Notes under the pieces: model-generated
Databases searched by the model: none
Told to the model about the DNA's origin: nothing
What the model saw: the letters and a program-made list of their open reading frames with translations, nothing else
Shown here: one piece after another, positions 1 through 11,928 of the stretch
Layout of the letters: each line of letters opens with the position of its first letter
Position numbering within the stretch: position 1 is the first letter of the stretch
Source of the DNA: Eledone cirrhosa
Taxonomy: Eukaryota
Direction: 5' to 3'
NCBI GenBank assembly: GCA_964016885.1
Contig: OZ024744.1
Coordinates: 63,674,001-63,738,000, forward strand
Length of the DNA: 64,000 nt
Position numbers and translations under genes: made by a program

Positions 1-58
1 GAGTTCAGTTGACTTTATATATAATGAAAAGAAAGCAATATTTTACCTAGCCCTTTAA

Positions 59-1483
59 CCCTTTAGCATTCACATTGAATTGTCAAATGTCATGTTCATC
101 TATTCGCATTATTTTCACTTAATTATACTCAAGAGGGTTATCAATTTTATTTGTTTGTAATTACTTTAATTTTCTATGTGCAGACTCGAAATTTTGTCAG
201 TAGATGTTTAAATAACTATAATTTACAATTATATATTTTTACCTGATTTTTTTTTGTTAAATTTGACTTTTATGGGCAGGTGAAATTAATTAACAGGTGT
301 AAAAGTAATAACTTTATGGATAAACACAAAAATTTAAACTTTATCTGCCTTATCTGTTAGATTTGTTGCAAAAAAATCCAATAGTGACCTAGATGCTGAT
401 TTCCATCAATTCTAGCAGTTTTCCGAGCAGGTGAATTAATTAAAAATGCAGGTGTAATCAGTACAAGGTTTTAGTCTTTCTCTACATTCAAGGCAAATAT
501 TTTCATTGAAAAAAATGTATAAAACCTTTTCACCGGTCAAAATAATATTGGCAATGTACTCTGTAAATGTACGGTGTAAACTTACGTAACAGAATGTTCC
601 CAATATATAAGTTTATACACATTTTAAAAATTTTCTGGCAATATTTCAATTAATGGTCGTACTTTGTACAGTGGGTCGTAATTTGATTCATTTCTACCAG
701 GGGCATTTGAATACTGGTTTAATTTGATGAATCTCGTTTTTGCCATAATACTAGATATATAAGGGTTACCAAACCTTATATCAGTACTCCAATAATTCCA
801 GTCGTGGAAATTGTTTAATACCAAACATAATATTTATGGTAAAAAACGCTTTCATTTCGGCAGAATCTGTTGGACGCCATAACATTGGGTTTTCCGATAT
901 TATAAATTTGTTGTTGTGCATAGCGATTTGCCACAACTTCGAAGAAAGTTTGTGGTAAAAATTAAAAATAATAATCCAGTGCTTTAAGCATCGGGTGGTA
1001 ATGTGTGTTGTGGTCCAATATTTTCAGTAAAATCCGAAACATGTATCGATGTTGTTTCTTTCAAACATGTTGGTGTTTTTTCAATGGTGTCAGTCAAATC
1101 TTCTCTTTCACTTTCAAAGTGACAATCAGATATATCAGAAATAAATATATCTGATTCGTTTGAAGATAAATCACTGATATTATCTTCTGTTTCTTTTTGA
1201 TCTCGAATGTCGGCGGACGTAAAACCTTCAAATTCGTTGTCGCTACTTTCGGAAGCCATGTTACACTTTCAACGTTAAAAACAGGTGTTATCGCAAGTTC
1301 TTTAACTAAACTAAGAGTTAATTTTCGCGCGTAAGGGCTTTATCTCGCAGTAATCTCGAATTGACGAGATTTCGATGATGTCAATGTTTATTTTTAGGAG
1401 ATCTCCGTGTCATTAAATGTCGGTTTGAATAAATGAAAGGGGACATAATCTTGTCGGTTTCTGTTGGTTTGAATGCTAAAGGG
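59..1483 (-). mobile_element. Internally deleted piggyBac DNA transposon in a KDM2 intron
   Basis: Perfect 14-bp TIRs CCCTTTAGCATTCA (59-72) / TGAATGCTAAAGGG (1470-1483), TTAA on both sides (55-58, 1484-1487), and piggyBac transposase remnants on the minus strand. Confidence 0.92.
624..1259 (-). pseudogene. Disrupted N-terminal fragment of a piggyBac (PGBD4-like) transposase
   Basis: Acidic N-terminus MASESSDNEFEGF..., then stops/frameshifts, then YWSTD...ISSIMAKTRFIKLNQY...YDPLYKVRPLIE, typical of piggyBac just upstream of the first catalytic Asp. The DDD core is absent. Confidence 0.85.
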
Positions 1484-1604
1484 TTAAACAGAATATTCTT
1501 TTCACTATACATATTTACTAAATTTTTAAGAATTTTTTTAGATTATCAATAATTAAAAATTACATGGGTTCTTTATAATGTAATGAATTTGTTTTAAATG
1601 CTAG

Positions 1605-1832
1605 AAGCTGAAACCCAAGTTAAAGATGGGTCACATGGGCAAAGGAAAACTGACTGGCAAGAATGCAGCTGCTCAGGCAGCATCAAATATCCGCAGACGG
1701 AGGACAAGATGTAAGAAATGCGAACCCTGTACACGCCAAGAATGTGCTGAATGCCATTTCTGTAAAGACATGAAAAAATTTGGTGGTCCTGGACGAATGA
1801 AGCAATCGTGTATCAGTCGCCAATGTATGGCT
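1605..1832 (+). CDS. KDM2: KDM2 internal exon encoding the CXXC zinc finger
   Basis: Acceptor ctag|AAG at 1605, donor GCT|gtaagt at 1832, 228 nt, phase 0/0. [45 protein letters not shown] is the KDM2A/B CXXC signature. The JmjC exons would lie upstream of the window. Confidence 0.95.
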
Positions 1833-1896
1833 GTAAGTAATTTTTTAATTTAAATATTTTTGTATTTTTAAGAAAAAGTTTGTTTTTTTTCTATTT

Positions 1897-1932
<36 letters not shown>

Positions 1933-2163
1933 TCCCCCTGTCCCCGTAAATATCAGCTCTTTTGCAAGATTGATAAAATATGACCATTTTTTTTCATTAT
2001 ATTACTTTTTGTTTTTTCTCTTGTAAATTTTCTGGTATTGTTGGCCAGAGCTATCTGAACCTGGGACTCATTTCACCGTGAAGTAATGACTGAAGTCACT
2101 ATCCAATTTGTTTTCTCTAGGGGCCATTATATAATGGCTTTGATTTGTTTCTTCTATTTTTAG

Positions 2164-2409
2164 CCGGTATTACCTCTCTCTGCTGCATGTATGATATGCT
2201 GGAAAGAAGGCACCACAGAGAAAGGAGAAAATTTAGAAGACACAGTTAGTGCTCTGATGGAGTGTGGCATTTGTTGGGAAATAGTTCACCCAAATTGTTT
2301 CAAGCTGAAAAATGAGAATATTGAAGGTGACGGAGTAATAAACGAGGATCTTCCTAACAGTTGGGAATGTCCAAAGTGTTGCCAGGATGGGAAACGTGGT
2401 CAGACTAAG
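2164..2409 (+). CDS. KDM2: KDM2 internal exon encoding the PHD finger
   Basis: Acceptor ttttag|CCG, donor AAG|gtcagt, 246 nt, phase 0/0. PVLPLSAACMIC...LMECGICWEIVHPNC...GVINEDLPNSWECPKC matches the KDM2 PHD. Confidence 0.95.
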
Positions 2410-2581
2410 GTCAGTGCTTCTTCCTCATCCTGATCTGCCTTAATCGTTATAATTTTGAGTGGTGTGTGCTTGTGAACATGTTTGGTGTATGCATGCAAAT
2501 GTATGTACATATAAATATTGTTTGTAAGTGTATACATGTGTGTGTATATATATATACATATATATATTATTTTCTGTGCAG

Positions 2582-3055
2582 CCGCGAGTAATAAAATGTC
2601 AACCAAAACCAAAAGCTATTGAGAGCCGACATTCTTCAACGAGCAGTGAAGATATTCCATCAGAAACACCTGTTGCCCCCAACATAAAGCAGGAGCCTCC
2701 ACCTTTGTTTGAAGGCAAAAGAGTGACAGCTAAAGAGAGCAACACAAATAACCCTTCTGTCAACTCTAACAACACCACTGCCACCACCGCCGCCACCACT
2801 ACCACTACCACCATCACCGCCGCCACCACCACCGCCACCATCGCCACCACCACCACCACCACCACCACCACCACAACAGCTGTCAAGGAAACACCTGTCA
2901 CACAGAAACCTACTGTTAAAGAGGAACCGGTTACTGCTAGTCCAGTCAAGAAATCAGAAGTGCCAGAAGAAATTCCAGAAAGTCAAAATAAACGTAAAAT
3001 TGAAACAAAAGATGTGTCATTAAAAAAAACAAAACCAACTATTTCACTGAAAAAG
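2582..3055 (+). CDS. KDM2: KDM2 internal exon: low-complexity linker with poly-Thr tract
   Basis: Acceptor ctgtgcag|CCG, donor AAG|gtttgt, 474 nt open, phase 0/0, in frame with the flanking exons. Confidence 0.85.
2770..2880 (+). repeat. Coding (ACC/GCC)n trinucleotide repeat giving a Thr/Ala run
   Basis: accaccaccgccacc... translating to TTATTAATTTTTTITAATTTATIATTTTTTTTTTTA. Confidence 0.9.
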
Positions 3056-3149
3056 GTTTGTGAATGCATTTTTCATTTTTCTTTCAAATATATTTTTAAT
3101 TGATTAATAAGTTTAGAGGTTTTTTTTAGTGTTTGGATATGTTTATATA

Positions 3150-3240
3150 AACAAGTATCAGTAACACACTGGGTTCGATTTAATCAACTTTACCCTCCCC
3201 AAATTGGTTGGTTTTGTGCCTTAATCAGAAATCATTATTT
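3150..3240 (+). mobile_element. 3' fragment of a tRNA-derived SINE (same family as 8478-8667)
   Basis: aagtatcagtaacacactggg...ttgtgccttaatcagaaatcattatt resembles the 3' ends at 8610-8667 and 6985-7075. Confidence 0.55.
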
Positions 3241-3774
3241 TCAGTCATGTAGATGCGAGCATGACTGGTCATAGGTCCAATCTCTTTGACAAGTGTTCTT
3301 TACCACAGTCTCAGGTTAATCCGAGCCTTGTGGATGAAATTGGGTAGATGTAAAATGTGTAGAAGCCCATCGGATCGGATTGGATTGTACCAATAATTCA
3401 AACACCCAGTTTCAAACTCGTAGTTATTTATATGCTCTCTGAATCATGTATACGTATCTCAAATATTTGAAAGAATCTAGTTTTGATTTCATAGAAACAT
3501 ACATCATATTTTTAGTCTTTAATTTTCATTACTTAATTAAAAGGAGAGCCATCCACAATAGAATGGTTTCTTTAACATTCTCCAGATCTCTGGCATTTCA
3601 ACCCCTAGCAAAAATTATCAGTTTAGCTTCACAACCATCTAATACATCAGCAGTAGTTAATAGCAATAATACTTATAAAGCTTTTATATATTAATTTAAA
3701 AAAAAAAGTTTGAGTAAGCTGTCCCAAGACTTGACATATTTAAACATTTTGAATAAGAGGAATAATTAAATTAA

Positions 3775-3985
3775 CTCTTTCATGCCCATATTTCCAATAA
3801 AATACACTCATTTTAATTAATTAATGAAGAATTTTGAGGGATTTACTAAAATTATTATTTCATTACTGAGATAGTAACTTAACATGGTTCTTGTATAAAA
3901 TTAATTTGGGAGATTTCAATTTAAATATGAATTTTATATGCCAAATTAAAAAGGAACTGTTCTGAATACAGGTCTCATAAAGCTA
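3775..3985. mobile_element. Degenerate MITE related to 4481-4676
   Basis: Starts after TTAA and shares ccatattt...ttcattact(g/a)agata...gttctt(g/a)tataaaatt...agatttyaatttaaa with 4481-4676. Right end unclear. Confidence 0.4.
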
Positions 3986-4058
3986 GTTGTATCAAGATAT
4001 AGTGTATATTACACTCCACACACTAATATATCAACACCTTTATTTCCAATTTTTGCAG

Positions 4059-4244
4059 AAGCGACTTGGTACTGATCGCCGTAAATGTGAATCCTCTCAG
4101 CTTAGTGGGACTTTTGTGACCAGAAGAATGAAGAGGTCGACCAGCCTAGCTGGTTCAGATTCGGCTTCCTGTTCCAACACTGCAACGTCGCTGAACAAAA
4201 GACCCAAACGAGAAGTAGTTAAACCACGTCGATACCTTGATTGA
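4059..4244 (+). CDS. KDM2: Candidate alternative terminal exon of KDM2 (61 aa, basic/Ser-rich, ends in stop)
   Basis: Pyrimidine tract plus ttttgcag|AAG acceptor in phase 0, compatible with the donor at 3055. GC-richer open frame KRLGTDRRK...KRPKREVVKPRRYLD then TGA. No strong internal donor seen. Confidence 0.6.
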   Translation, partial: KRLGTDRRKCESSQLSGTFVTRRMKRSTSLAGSDSASCSNTATSLNKRPKREVVKPRRYLD

Positions 4245-4480
4245 TTTTTTTTTTTTTTTTTTTTTTTTTTATATAGTTTTTGTTTTACCTTTTCAGGCAC
4301 CCGAAATTTTAGAGATATGCAGAATCATTCTTAATACAGTATCTTTTTCAAATAGATAGTTCTGCTATTTTGGATGGGATTCTCTAATTATCCATTTTGT
4401 CCTCATTTTTCTTTTTCTTTTCTTTTTCTTTTTTTTTTCACCCAGTCCTTTTGTTTTGATTTAGTTTTCAGTAGTATTAA

Positions 4481-4676
4481 TCCTTTAGTAACCATATTTT
4501 TAATGAAATATATCCTATTTGATGGAGAATTTTAATTCATTACTAAGATAACTTTATATATAGTTCTTATATAAAATTTTGTTGGAAGATTTTAATTTAA
4601 ACAAGGAACCCGTTAAAACAGGTGGTATTGTTTTGTTGAACCAACCCCAGTTATGGTTGGGTTGGTATTAAAAGGG
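4481..4676. mobile_element. TTAA-flanked piggyBac-type MITE, degenerate TIRs
   Basis: TTAA (4477-4480) tcctttagtaacc ... ggtattaaaaggg TTAA (4677-4680). Confidence 0.55.
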
Positions 4677-4687
4677 TTAAGCATCAA

Positions 4688-4960
4688 AGCTCATTGCTTA
4701 ATGTTTAGGGTGTTGGACTCACAATTGTAAGGTTTAGTTTTATTCTTGCACTGGGACACATATTGTGTCCTTAAGCAAGACACTTTACTTCATTTTGTTT
4801 CAATCTACTCAGTTGGAAAAAAAACAACCACTGGTTGCAACTGGGATTTAATCCAGTGATGGACTAGCATCCTGTTCAGAGGGGCGTCTTGTGTTCTCAG
4901 TTACTTAACTCCAATGAAACAATGATGAGCCACCTGGTTTGGGACACACTTTAACTTAGA
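4688..4960 (+). mobile_element. Decayed tRNA-derived SINE with CORE-like central domain
   Basis: tRNA-like head then ttgtgtccttaagcaagacactttact (4763-4789), similar to the CORE motif GTGACCTTGGGCAAGTTACTTAAC. A second copy lies on the minus strand at ~59565-59695. Boundaries approximate. Confidence 0.6.
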
Positions 4961-6869
4961 TTAAACCTCAAAACTCGTTTGCAATCTTATTATATCTCAA
5001 ATTGATGGTTTAGAAAGTTTTTGTTTTAATACTTGATGTAGCGTTTTTATAATTTCGTCAGTTTTGTATTTTTTTCATCAAAACACAAAACCACTCCTCT
5101 TCAGTTTTGTCCTTTATTTCAAAACAAAAAAAAAAACAATATAAAAAAATCATATTAAAGAAAGAAATTCTGTCTGAAGTTGAAATTAATCCAACTTTTA
5201 TATATTTTATCTACTCTTAAGCTATTTTTATACGAAGATAACTTCTTCATTGAAAATCTTTTCTCTCTAAAGATAAGTCAAGAAAGTTTTGTTACAGCAA
5301 TTTTAAGTGATAATATGTTGTGTAAAACAGTTCTCTGCTAAATGTATTTCTTGTACATTGGATTGTTTTTTTTTCTGTTCGTTTCATTCTTGTGAAAGCC
5401 GAGTGTCAACTGCATATGTGAATGACAGGAGCATAACTGTGTAGTTATATCTCTATATCTGAATGTATATAGTCATAACTACTGTGTGTATGTGTGTGTG
5501 TAAATTTTTGTGCATCGTAACCCTGTGTTTCGCAGGATTTGACATTCAGTAGTAATCTTACAGAGATTCATTTTAAATACTTCTATTCTTCTACACAAAG
5601 AAAAAATATTTTATAAATATATTCAGAAGAATTTCCAAATATTTAGAAATATTACTTTTTTTTTTTTTTTTGTAATATATTTGTCAAATTTCTTTTTTTA
5701 ATTTTATATTTCCATCATTTTGTACATAATATATTTTTGTTTCTTAGCAGTCTTGGTAATGTTCCATCTTCTCAATTGGGGACCAGATTGCCCAATATAA
5801 TTTAACCTACTTCTTTTCTGTCTATTTTCTATAAGACAAATCTACCTCAGCTATCACTTCATTTCTTTCTTGTTAAGTAGTATTCTGTTTTGATGTATTT
5901 TGTTTTTACATCTTTTTATTTGAGTTTAAGTTTTTTGGTTTTAATCCTTAGTTTTTCTTTATTTGATGTAAATTTAACAATGGCTTGTGGGTAGAGAGCC
6001 AAACTTAGAATTATTAAAGAGGTTTAGAATTTCAACATATTTTTAGGATAGAATTCTTAGCTTAAGTGAGATATAATTATTTGAAATTAATGTGATTAAT
6101 TTGATTTAACTTAACTAATATTTTTCCTTGGAATTCTATTTACCATTTCCTGCATAGTTACTCAAATTAAATTATAGTCTCTATTTGTGTCTACAAGGTG
6201 CTTCATTAAAAGTTTACAAATTTGAGAAACTTTTAAGTAGTCAGCTCAAAAAAGAAAGCTCTGTTCTCTCTAAGACTGTTTTGTTATCCTTTATTTGTAT
6301 TTTTAGAACTTATGGTCGTCTAAGATTACATTTGTCTGTAATGGTCTTTGTAGTATTAAAACTTATATTTAAGTAAGCTATTCTGTTTTCAACTGTTTAT
6401 TTTAGACTCTCCACTATTCTTATTCTAAGTACATCTAAAGCATTTTATATAATATTAGTTGAATTTACTACTGAAATACACTAAACATTGACATATCTTA
6501 TTAACATGTATCATTGTTTTATCAGATACACTTGTAAATAATTTAATAATAAGTGTACAAATTTCAAATGTTTTTTTACTAATCCTAATTTTTACCAATG
6601 TTTCTTTTAAATATCTCAATCACTATCATTATTAGTTATTAAAAGGTGAGTTAGTTCATGTGTGTTTGTGTGCATGTGTGTGTAAATAGTGAAAAAGCGT
6701 ATATATTTTAATTGCAGATGCTGATTTTGTTTTTCAATATTTTGCAAATATTACATCTCGTTCAGTTTTCTGGTATTTTTCTAGTTTAATTCAACTTCCT
6801 TCCTCTAAACGCTACTTCTCAATCTCAGATGTTTGTTTAAAATAACCATTCATATCTTCTCATCTATGA

Positions 6870-7075
6870 ATGGAAAAGGCAGTGAATGTTGGAATCAAAA
6901 CTACCAGACAAAAATGGCTTGTGGTATTTTTTTAAAAATCCTGCAAGGTTTCGCTTTGCCTTTTATTTGTCTTGGTTTCCAAAAATTACCAGTTATGTAT
7001 TGGAGTCGATATAACTCTATCATATTCACTCTTCTACAAATGTGTGGCCTTGTGCTAATCTAAGAAATCATTATT
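6870..7075 (+). mobile_element. Decayed tRNA-derived SINE copy
   Basis: ctttgcctttt...taccagttatgtattgg...ggccttgtgctaatctaagaaatcattatt parallels 8575-8667. Confidence 0.55.
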
Positions 7076-7565
7076 TCAAATTAATTATGAGAATTTAGTT
7101 TTAAAAAGAAAAAGAATTCATATTTTTGCATTCCATTGTTTCGAATTTGTCATGAGTTTTCACTGTACTTTAAATTGATCATTGTACTCCCTCTATTTAA
7201 GTGCCTCTACATCTATCATGCAATTGTTTTCTCAGTGGAAATGACTTAGAAATTGCAGTGATATTTTGTTCATTGTCAAGCTGCTAGCTTGTCCATTGAG
7301 TATAAGCCGATTTATCCATCTCACATATATCTTTCTGCAAGCGAGTGAATCTCATTTTATGAATTTACATAAAGGAATCAATCTTCCAGGCAAGTCAGCT
7401 TCGTGGTGTGGAGTTCATGCTAGCCACACAGAGCAAATTTGAACTGGGCATTCATTGCAATGTGACAAAATATTTTAATTATACAGTACTCATGTTACTT
7501 ACATACATCATTGGGTTGAACATCCTTCCCATGATGTCTATTTATGTTTTTACAAGTATCTAAAC

Positions 7566-7800
7566 CAGAGTTTTCCAAACATTTCATACAGGTGACACAC
7601 TTTAAAAAATAACATTTTTCATGATACATTAAATTTCATTAAGGTAATGAAATTAACAAATAAACAATAAAAATCAGTCGCATGTCTAATTAATTGTATA
7701 CAGAGTTGTCAGATCTCAGAATATTCATAGAAATTGATAACATTTGGGCTTAATTTTGTGACACCTAGAGATTAAAGGCAACACAGTTTGGAATCCTCTG
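7566..7800. mobile_element. hAT (Charlie-like) MITE
   Basis: Imperfect TIRs cagagttttccaaac / gtttggaatcctctg with 8-bp TSD atctaaac (7558-7565) / gtctaaac (7801-7808). Confidence 0.75.
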
Positions 7801-8477
7801 GTCTAAACCAGACATGTCCATATATATATATATATATGACGATACATTGATAGGGACCATTCTTTGGTCAACATATATATATTCAGCCAATCACTGCACT
7901 TGGATGGGTAGCTTTTAATTCTTTTTAGAATTACCCCTCACCCCCAACTTATTTTACTGACGTCAGTCGTTTGATATCTGTTAATTATTGGTTAATTTGG
8001 AATGAAAGAGAATATTTTTTTATATTTCTTCTGGTTTTTGTATTCTTGGTTGACCAGTGCTTTGATGGAGAGGATGCACAATTGTAAATAATTGGTTCAG
8101 TTTATATGGGAAAGTCTCAACTTGAATTTTTTTTTTTCTTCGTTTGTTTGATTTATTCTTTATTTACACTCACTTTCCTCCTCCCCTCACCCACAAAAAA
8201 ATATTTATTCCTATTAATTTTCATTCCAGTTTTAATTAGTACCATTATTTCAGCATGCATGCATGTGTGTGTGTGTGTGTATGTATGTATGCATGTATAT
8301 ATATATATATATATATATAGTAATAATAAATGAGTTTCAGAAGATCCCGTAAAAAGGTGAAACCAGCGATTCTTTGCTTATATATATATATATATATGAC
8401 ACATGCATTCAATTAAATTCATCTTTATTTTAATATATCAAAAACGTTTCAGAAGTATTAACCTTACTTCACTTCGT

Positions 8478-8667
8478 TTGGTGGATTGGCAGTATCGGTA
8501 GAAGGTCGGACGCCGTGCTTTCCAGCATAGTTACCTCCCTTTACGGTCTGAGTTCAAATCCCGCCGAGGTTAACTTTGCCTTTCATCCTTACAGGGTCGA
8601 TAAAATAAAGTACCAGTAATGTACTGGGTAATTGATGGCCTTGTGCCAAAAGTGGAAACAATTATTT
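8478..8667 (+). mobile_element. tRNA-derived SINE
   Basis: A-box-like tggcagtatcggtag, B-box gagttcaaatccc, central gcctttcatcctt-cagggtcgataaaataaagtaccag block and attatt tail. Resembles abundant octopus SINEs from memory, not from a search. Confidence 0.75.
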
Positions 8668-10177
8668 AGTCTTAGTCTTACCTCTGAGAGTTTCTTTTTT
8701 GTTTTGTTTTCATGTTCAATTTCCTTTCCATTTTTTTAATTCCTTTGATTCTCCTTTCTGTTTTCATATCTTTCATTTTTCCCTCATTTGTTCATTATAT
8801 TAGTCAATACTATACTTTTTATAAGATCTGAGGATTAGATTATGCTGTAGAATAATTTCAAGGTAGGTTTAATATCTATTTAAATTATATTCCTAGTATA
8901 ATAATTTCTTTTATTTGATGTATGTATGTATGACATACAAACATGAAATATATATATATACTTACAAAAAGAACTAGTTAAATTACAGAATGTTTTAATA
9001 ACTTGTATGACAACTTATTAATTAACGTGACATTTTAAATGGTTGTTTTTTAATTTGCATGAACATTTTCTGTTGAAGATCCTAATTTTAAAAAGATAAT
9101 TAAAAAAAAAAATTCTTGATCTTATGTACAGAAACTTGAAATTACTTTTGGACCAGGTTTGTTCATTGCATTTAATATATATTATGTATATATATTATAT
9201 ATTGTGTAAATATATTATGTATATATATTATATATAATATACATAATTTTTAAATCAGATTTTTAAAAAAGAATCTTTGTGCTCACTTCTCCCGACTTGT
9301 CATAAATTTTAATTTGATTTAACCAAGTTTCACAAATCACCATTCTTCATCCTCTCATTTCCATTTGTTATATCCTTTTTTCATTTCCTCATGTTACTCA
9401 TGCATACGTTGTTTTTTTTTCAACTTCCTTCATTACTAAGCTCACCCATTCCCCATTATGTCACCTGTAAGTGTGCCATTGTATTTTGCTGCTGGCTATG
9501 ATTGCAGACTATTTCCTTTTACACATCTTTTTTTTTTTTTTGAAAAAATAAAGGTGTGAATCCATTCTTTAAGACATGACCAGTAATAATAGCAAAACTG
9601 TAGCAAACATTTTTTGTAATAAAATTTTCATGTTTATTTATATATTTTTCTTTTCAATTTTTCCATAAAATTCAGTTCCAAGATAATGCATCTATTCGGT
9701 ATAATCTACAAAAGCATCTTTCTAACACTTAAAGTTCTATGATTTAATCATATCAAAATTGGGTACCAATTTAACCATTATTTGATTTCATTTAATATGA
9801 TTTTCAAAACTTCCTTTATGATTTAATTCCTATTTTTGTTTACTTGCAATTAATTCCCTACCACCTATGTTATTCCCAATTTTTTATTATGTTCCAGTGA
9901 AAAATCATTTCTTCTCTTAGGTTTCAATCGTTCTTTGCTCAATGTTTGTTACATTTTGCTGACTCTGATCTCCCTTCATTTGAGTAAGAGAGTAGCCTCA
10001 AAGAGCTGATTCTATCAGTTAGTTATTTTCAGTATGTTCTCTCATAAAACCTCATGTAATTCCCGTTAAAATTACCAATCAACTGGCTAATTGGCATTAT
10101 TTTCTCTAGTTTAATGACCGCTGTCCAAATTTCCAAATATTGTGAATTTGTGTAATTTGCTACAATTTTGTAGGCAC

Positions 10178-10260
<83 letters not shown>
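10178..10260. repeat. Compound (TA)n/(TG)n microsatellite
   Basis: Directly visible. Similar tracts at ~2535-2565 and 8260-8320. Confidence 0.9.
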
Positions 10261-10262
<2 letters not shown>

Positions 10263-10554
10263 GTGACACAGTTGAACAGTTGATTTTAAATTTCTAGTTT
10301 CTTAATTAGTTGCATTTATTATTTTGGTTTTATAAATAATTTAGCTGTTATATAGATATAAACTGATGTGTAGTTTATTAGTTCATTTTGTTATTTTTTT
10401 CCATAAACTAAATACTTTCAGAATATGTAAATTTTGTAGAAAACTTTTTTATCATTTAAAATATATTTAGTTTTTAAAAGTGAATTTTTATCATGGCAAA
10501 ATATTAATGACGTAGCTAACCAAACGACACACTTTGATGTCCTTTACTTTCCAG

Positions 10555-11841
10555 AGATTGGTGGACAGTTCTAGTGACCGGCAGCCTCCATCCTTTAGGT
10601 TTCAACTACGGCAGAGAACTCAGAGACAGAAACGACAGAAAGCTGTTACGCGAAGAAGCAGGGGAGGATCTGGCCCCATTAGGCAGGCTGCTGTGGCAGC
10701 ACAGGCAAAATTATTAGCTGCTGAATCTGATCTTCCTCTTGATGAAGATGATGATTTTGTTGGTTGCTGTAGCAATGTGAAAACGTCTGGGAATTCAGAA
10801 TCTAAAACACTAAAGGATAATTATGCCGCTGAATCAAACGTACAAGCATCTACATCAACTGCTGATATCCGTGTAAATGAGCCTTTAAATGTGAAATCAA
10901 AGTCTTCAGAAGAAAGTGACCAACAAATGATGAGAGAAGTTCGTCTGGAACCTCCTATTTATGTTGTGAGACCTGCTCCTGTCCCGCCTCCTCCTGACTT
11001 TATAACTTTAAATTCTGAAGAAGTCCACGTTCTACGACAAGATCAGTGGATGCGTGTATTCTCATTTCTAAGTGCTGCAGACTTGGTTCGTTGTATGTGT
11101 GTCTGTAAAACTTGGTACAGCTGGTGCATTAACCACACTCTGTGGAGTACTGTCGATCTTTCAGGAAGATTGATCAAACAACAACATTTAATTGGAACCG
11201 TTTGTCGACAGCCAAAATGTCTCAACTTAACTTCTTCATTTTTCTCTTACAAACAACTGTTTTGGCTGATAGCAAGATTACCACAACTTGAAAAACTTCT
11301 CTTGTGTAATTGTTGCTGGTCTACCATTTCAGCCCTTTGTTCATCATCTTGTCCATTACTACGTTCACTTGATGTGAGCTGGGCAACTGGCATGCATGGA
11401 GATTGTTTCCAGGACTTAATTCTGCCACAAATTGATAGAAAACCTGGTATGAGGGATGTGAGTCGTCTTTGTAAACTAAAACACTTGATTGTATCTGGCA
11501 CCGAGATAACTGACAATGTTATGAATATCATAACAGAACACATGCCACTTCTAGAAACATTGGACATAAGTTATTGTACAAGAATCACAGATCAAGCCAT
11601 TGCCAATTTGGCGTGTAGTTTGACTTGTCGGCAAAAATTAAAGAAAATTAACATCTGTGGGTGTCAGTGTGTTACAGAAAAGTGCCTACAACATCTTAAG
11701 AACTTCGACAATCTACTTAAGTTGGATTTTAAAGGATGTGCAAAGATCCCTTTTTCTGCTCTGGAAACATTTGTATCAACATATACAAATCAAAAATTGG
11801 TACTAAATGAAGACAAATTGATAACAAACGCCATTCCATGA
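10555..11841 (+). CDS. KDM2: KDM2 terminal exon encoding F-box and leucine-rich repeats
   Basis: Acceptor cctttactttccag|AGA in phase 0, open to TGA at 11839-11841. Contains YVVRPAP, F-box QWMRVFSFLSAADLVRCMCVCKTW..W, and KDM2-type LRRs (KQLFWLIARLPQL, CPLLRSLDVSW, LDISYCTRITDQ). Confidence 0.95.
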   Translation, partial: RLVDSSSDRQPPSFRFQLRQRTQRQKRQKAVTRRSRGGSGPIRQAAVAAQAKLLAAESDLPLDEDDDFVGCCSNVKTSGNSESKTLKDNYAAESNVQASTSTADIRVNEPLNVKSKSSEESDQQMMREVRLEPPIYVVRPAPVPPPPDFITLNSEEVHVLRQDQWMRVFSFLSAADLVRCMCVCKTWYSWCINHTLWSTVDLSGRLIKQQHLIGTVCRQPKCLNLTSSFFSYKQLFWLIARLPQLEKLLLCNCCWSTISALCSSSCPLLRSLDVSWATGMHGDCFQDLILPQIDRKPGMRDVSRLCKLKHLIVSGTEITDNVMNIITEHMPLLETLDISYCTRITDQAIANLACSLTCRQKLKKINICGCQCVTEKCLQHLKNFDNLLKLDFKGCAKIPFSALETFVSTYTNQKLVLNEDKLITNAIP

Positions 11842-11928
11842 TAACAGCATAATTTCATATTTACCATTGCCATCATCATCACCATCACCATCAAAAAGAA
11901 CAATACAGTAAAAAAAACTAAATAATTT

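Noticed and set aside
2599-2949. Minus-strand poly-Val ORF resembling a membrane protein
   Set aside because: Antisense shadow of the KDM2 (ACC)n tract.
3446-8333. Short intronic ORFs (3446, 6185, 6833, 8106)
   Set aside because: AT-rich low-complexity or SINE/microsatellite-derived sequence with no convincing splice sites or domains.
9172-9250. AT-rich quasi-palindrome
   Set aside because: A degenerate (TA)n microsatellite, self-complementary by composition alone.
11043-11567. Antisense ORFs within the F-box exon
   Set aside because: Shadow frames with no recognisable motifs.
10534-11841. Stand-alone 435-aa F-box/LRR gene
   Set aside because: It begins in a splice-acceptor tract, is in phase with the upstream CXXC/PHD exons, and matches the KDM2 C-terminus.
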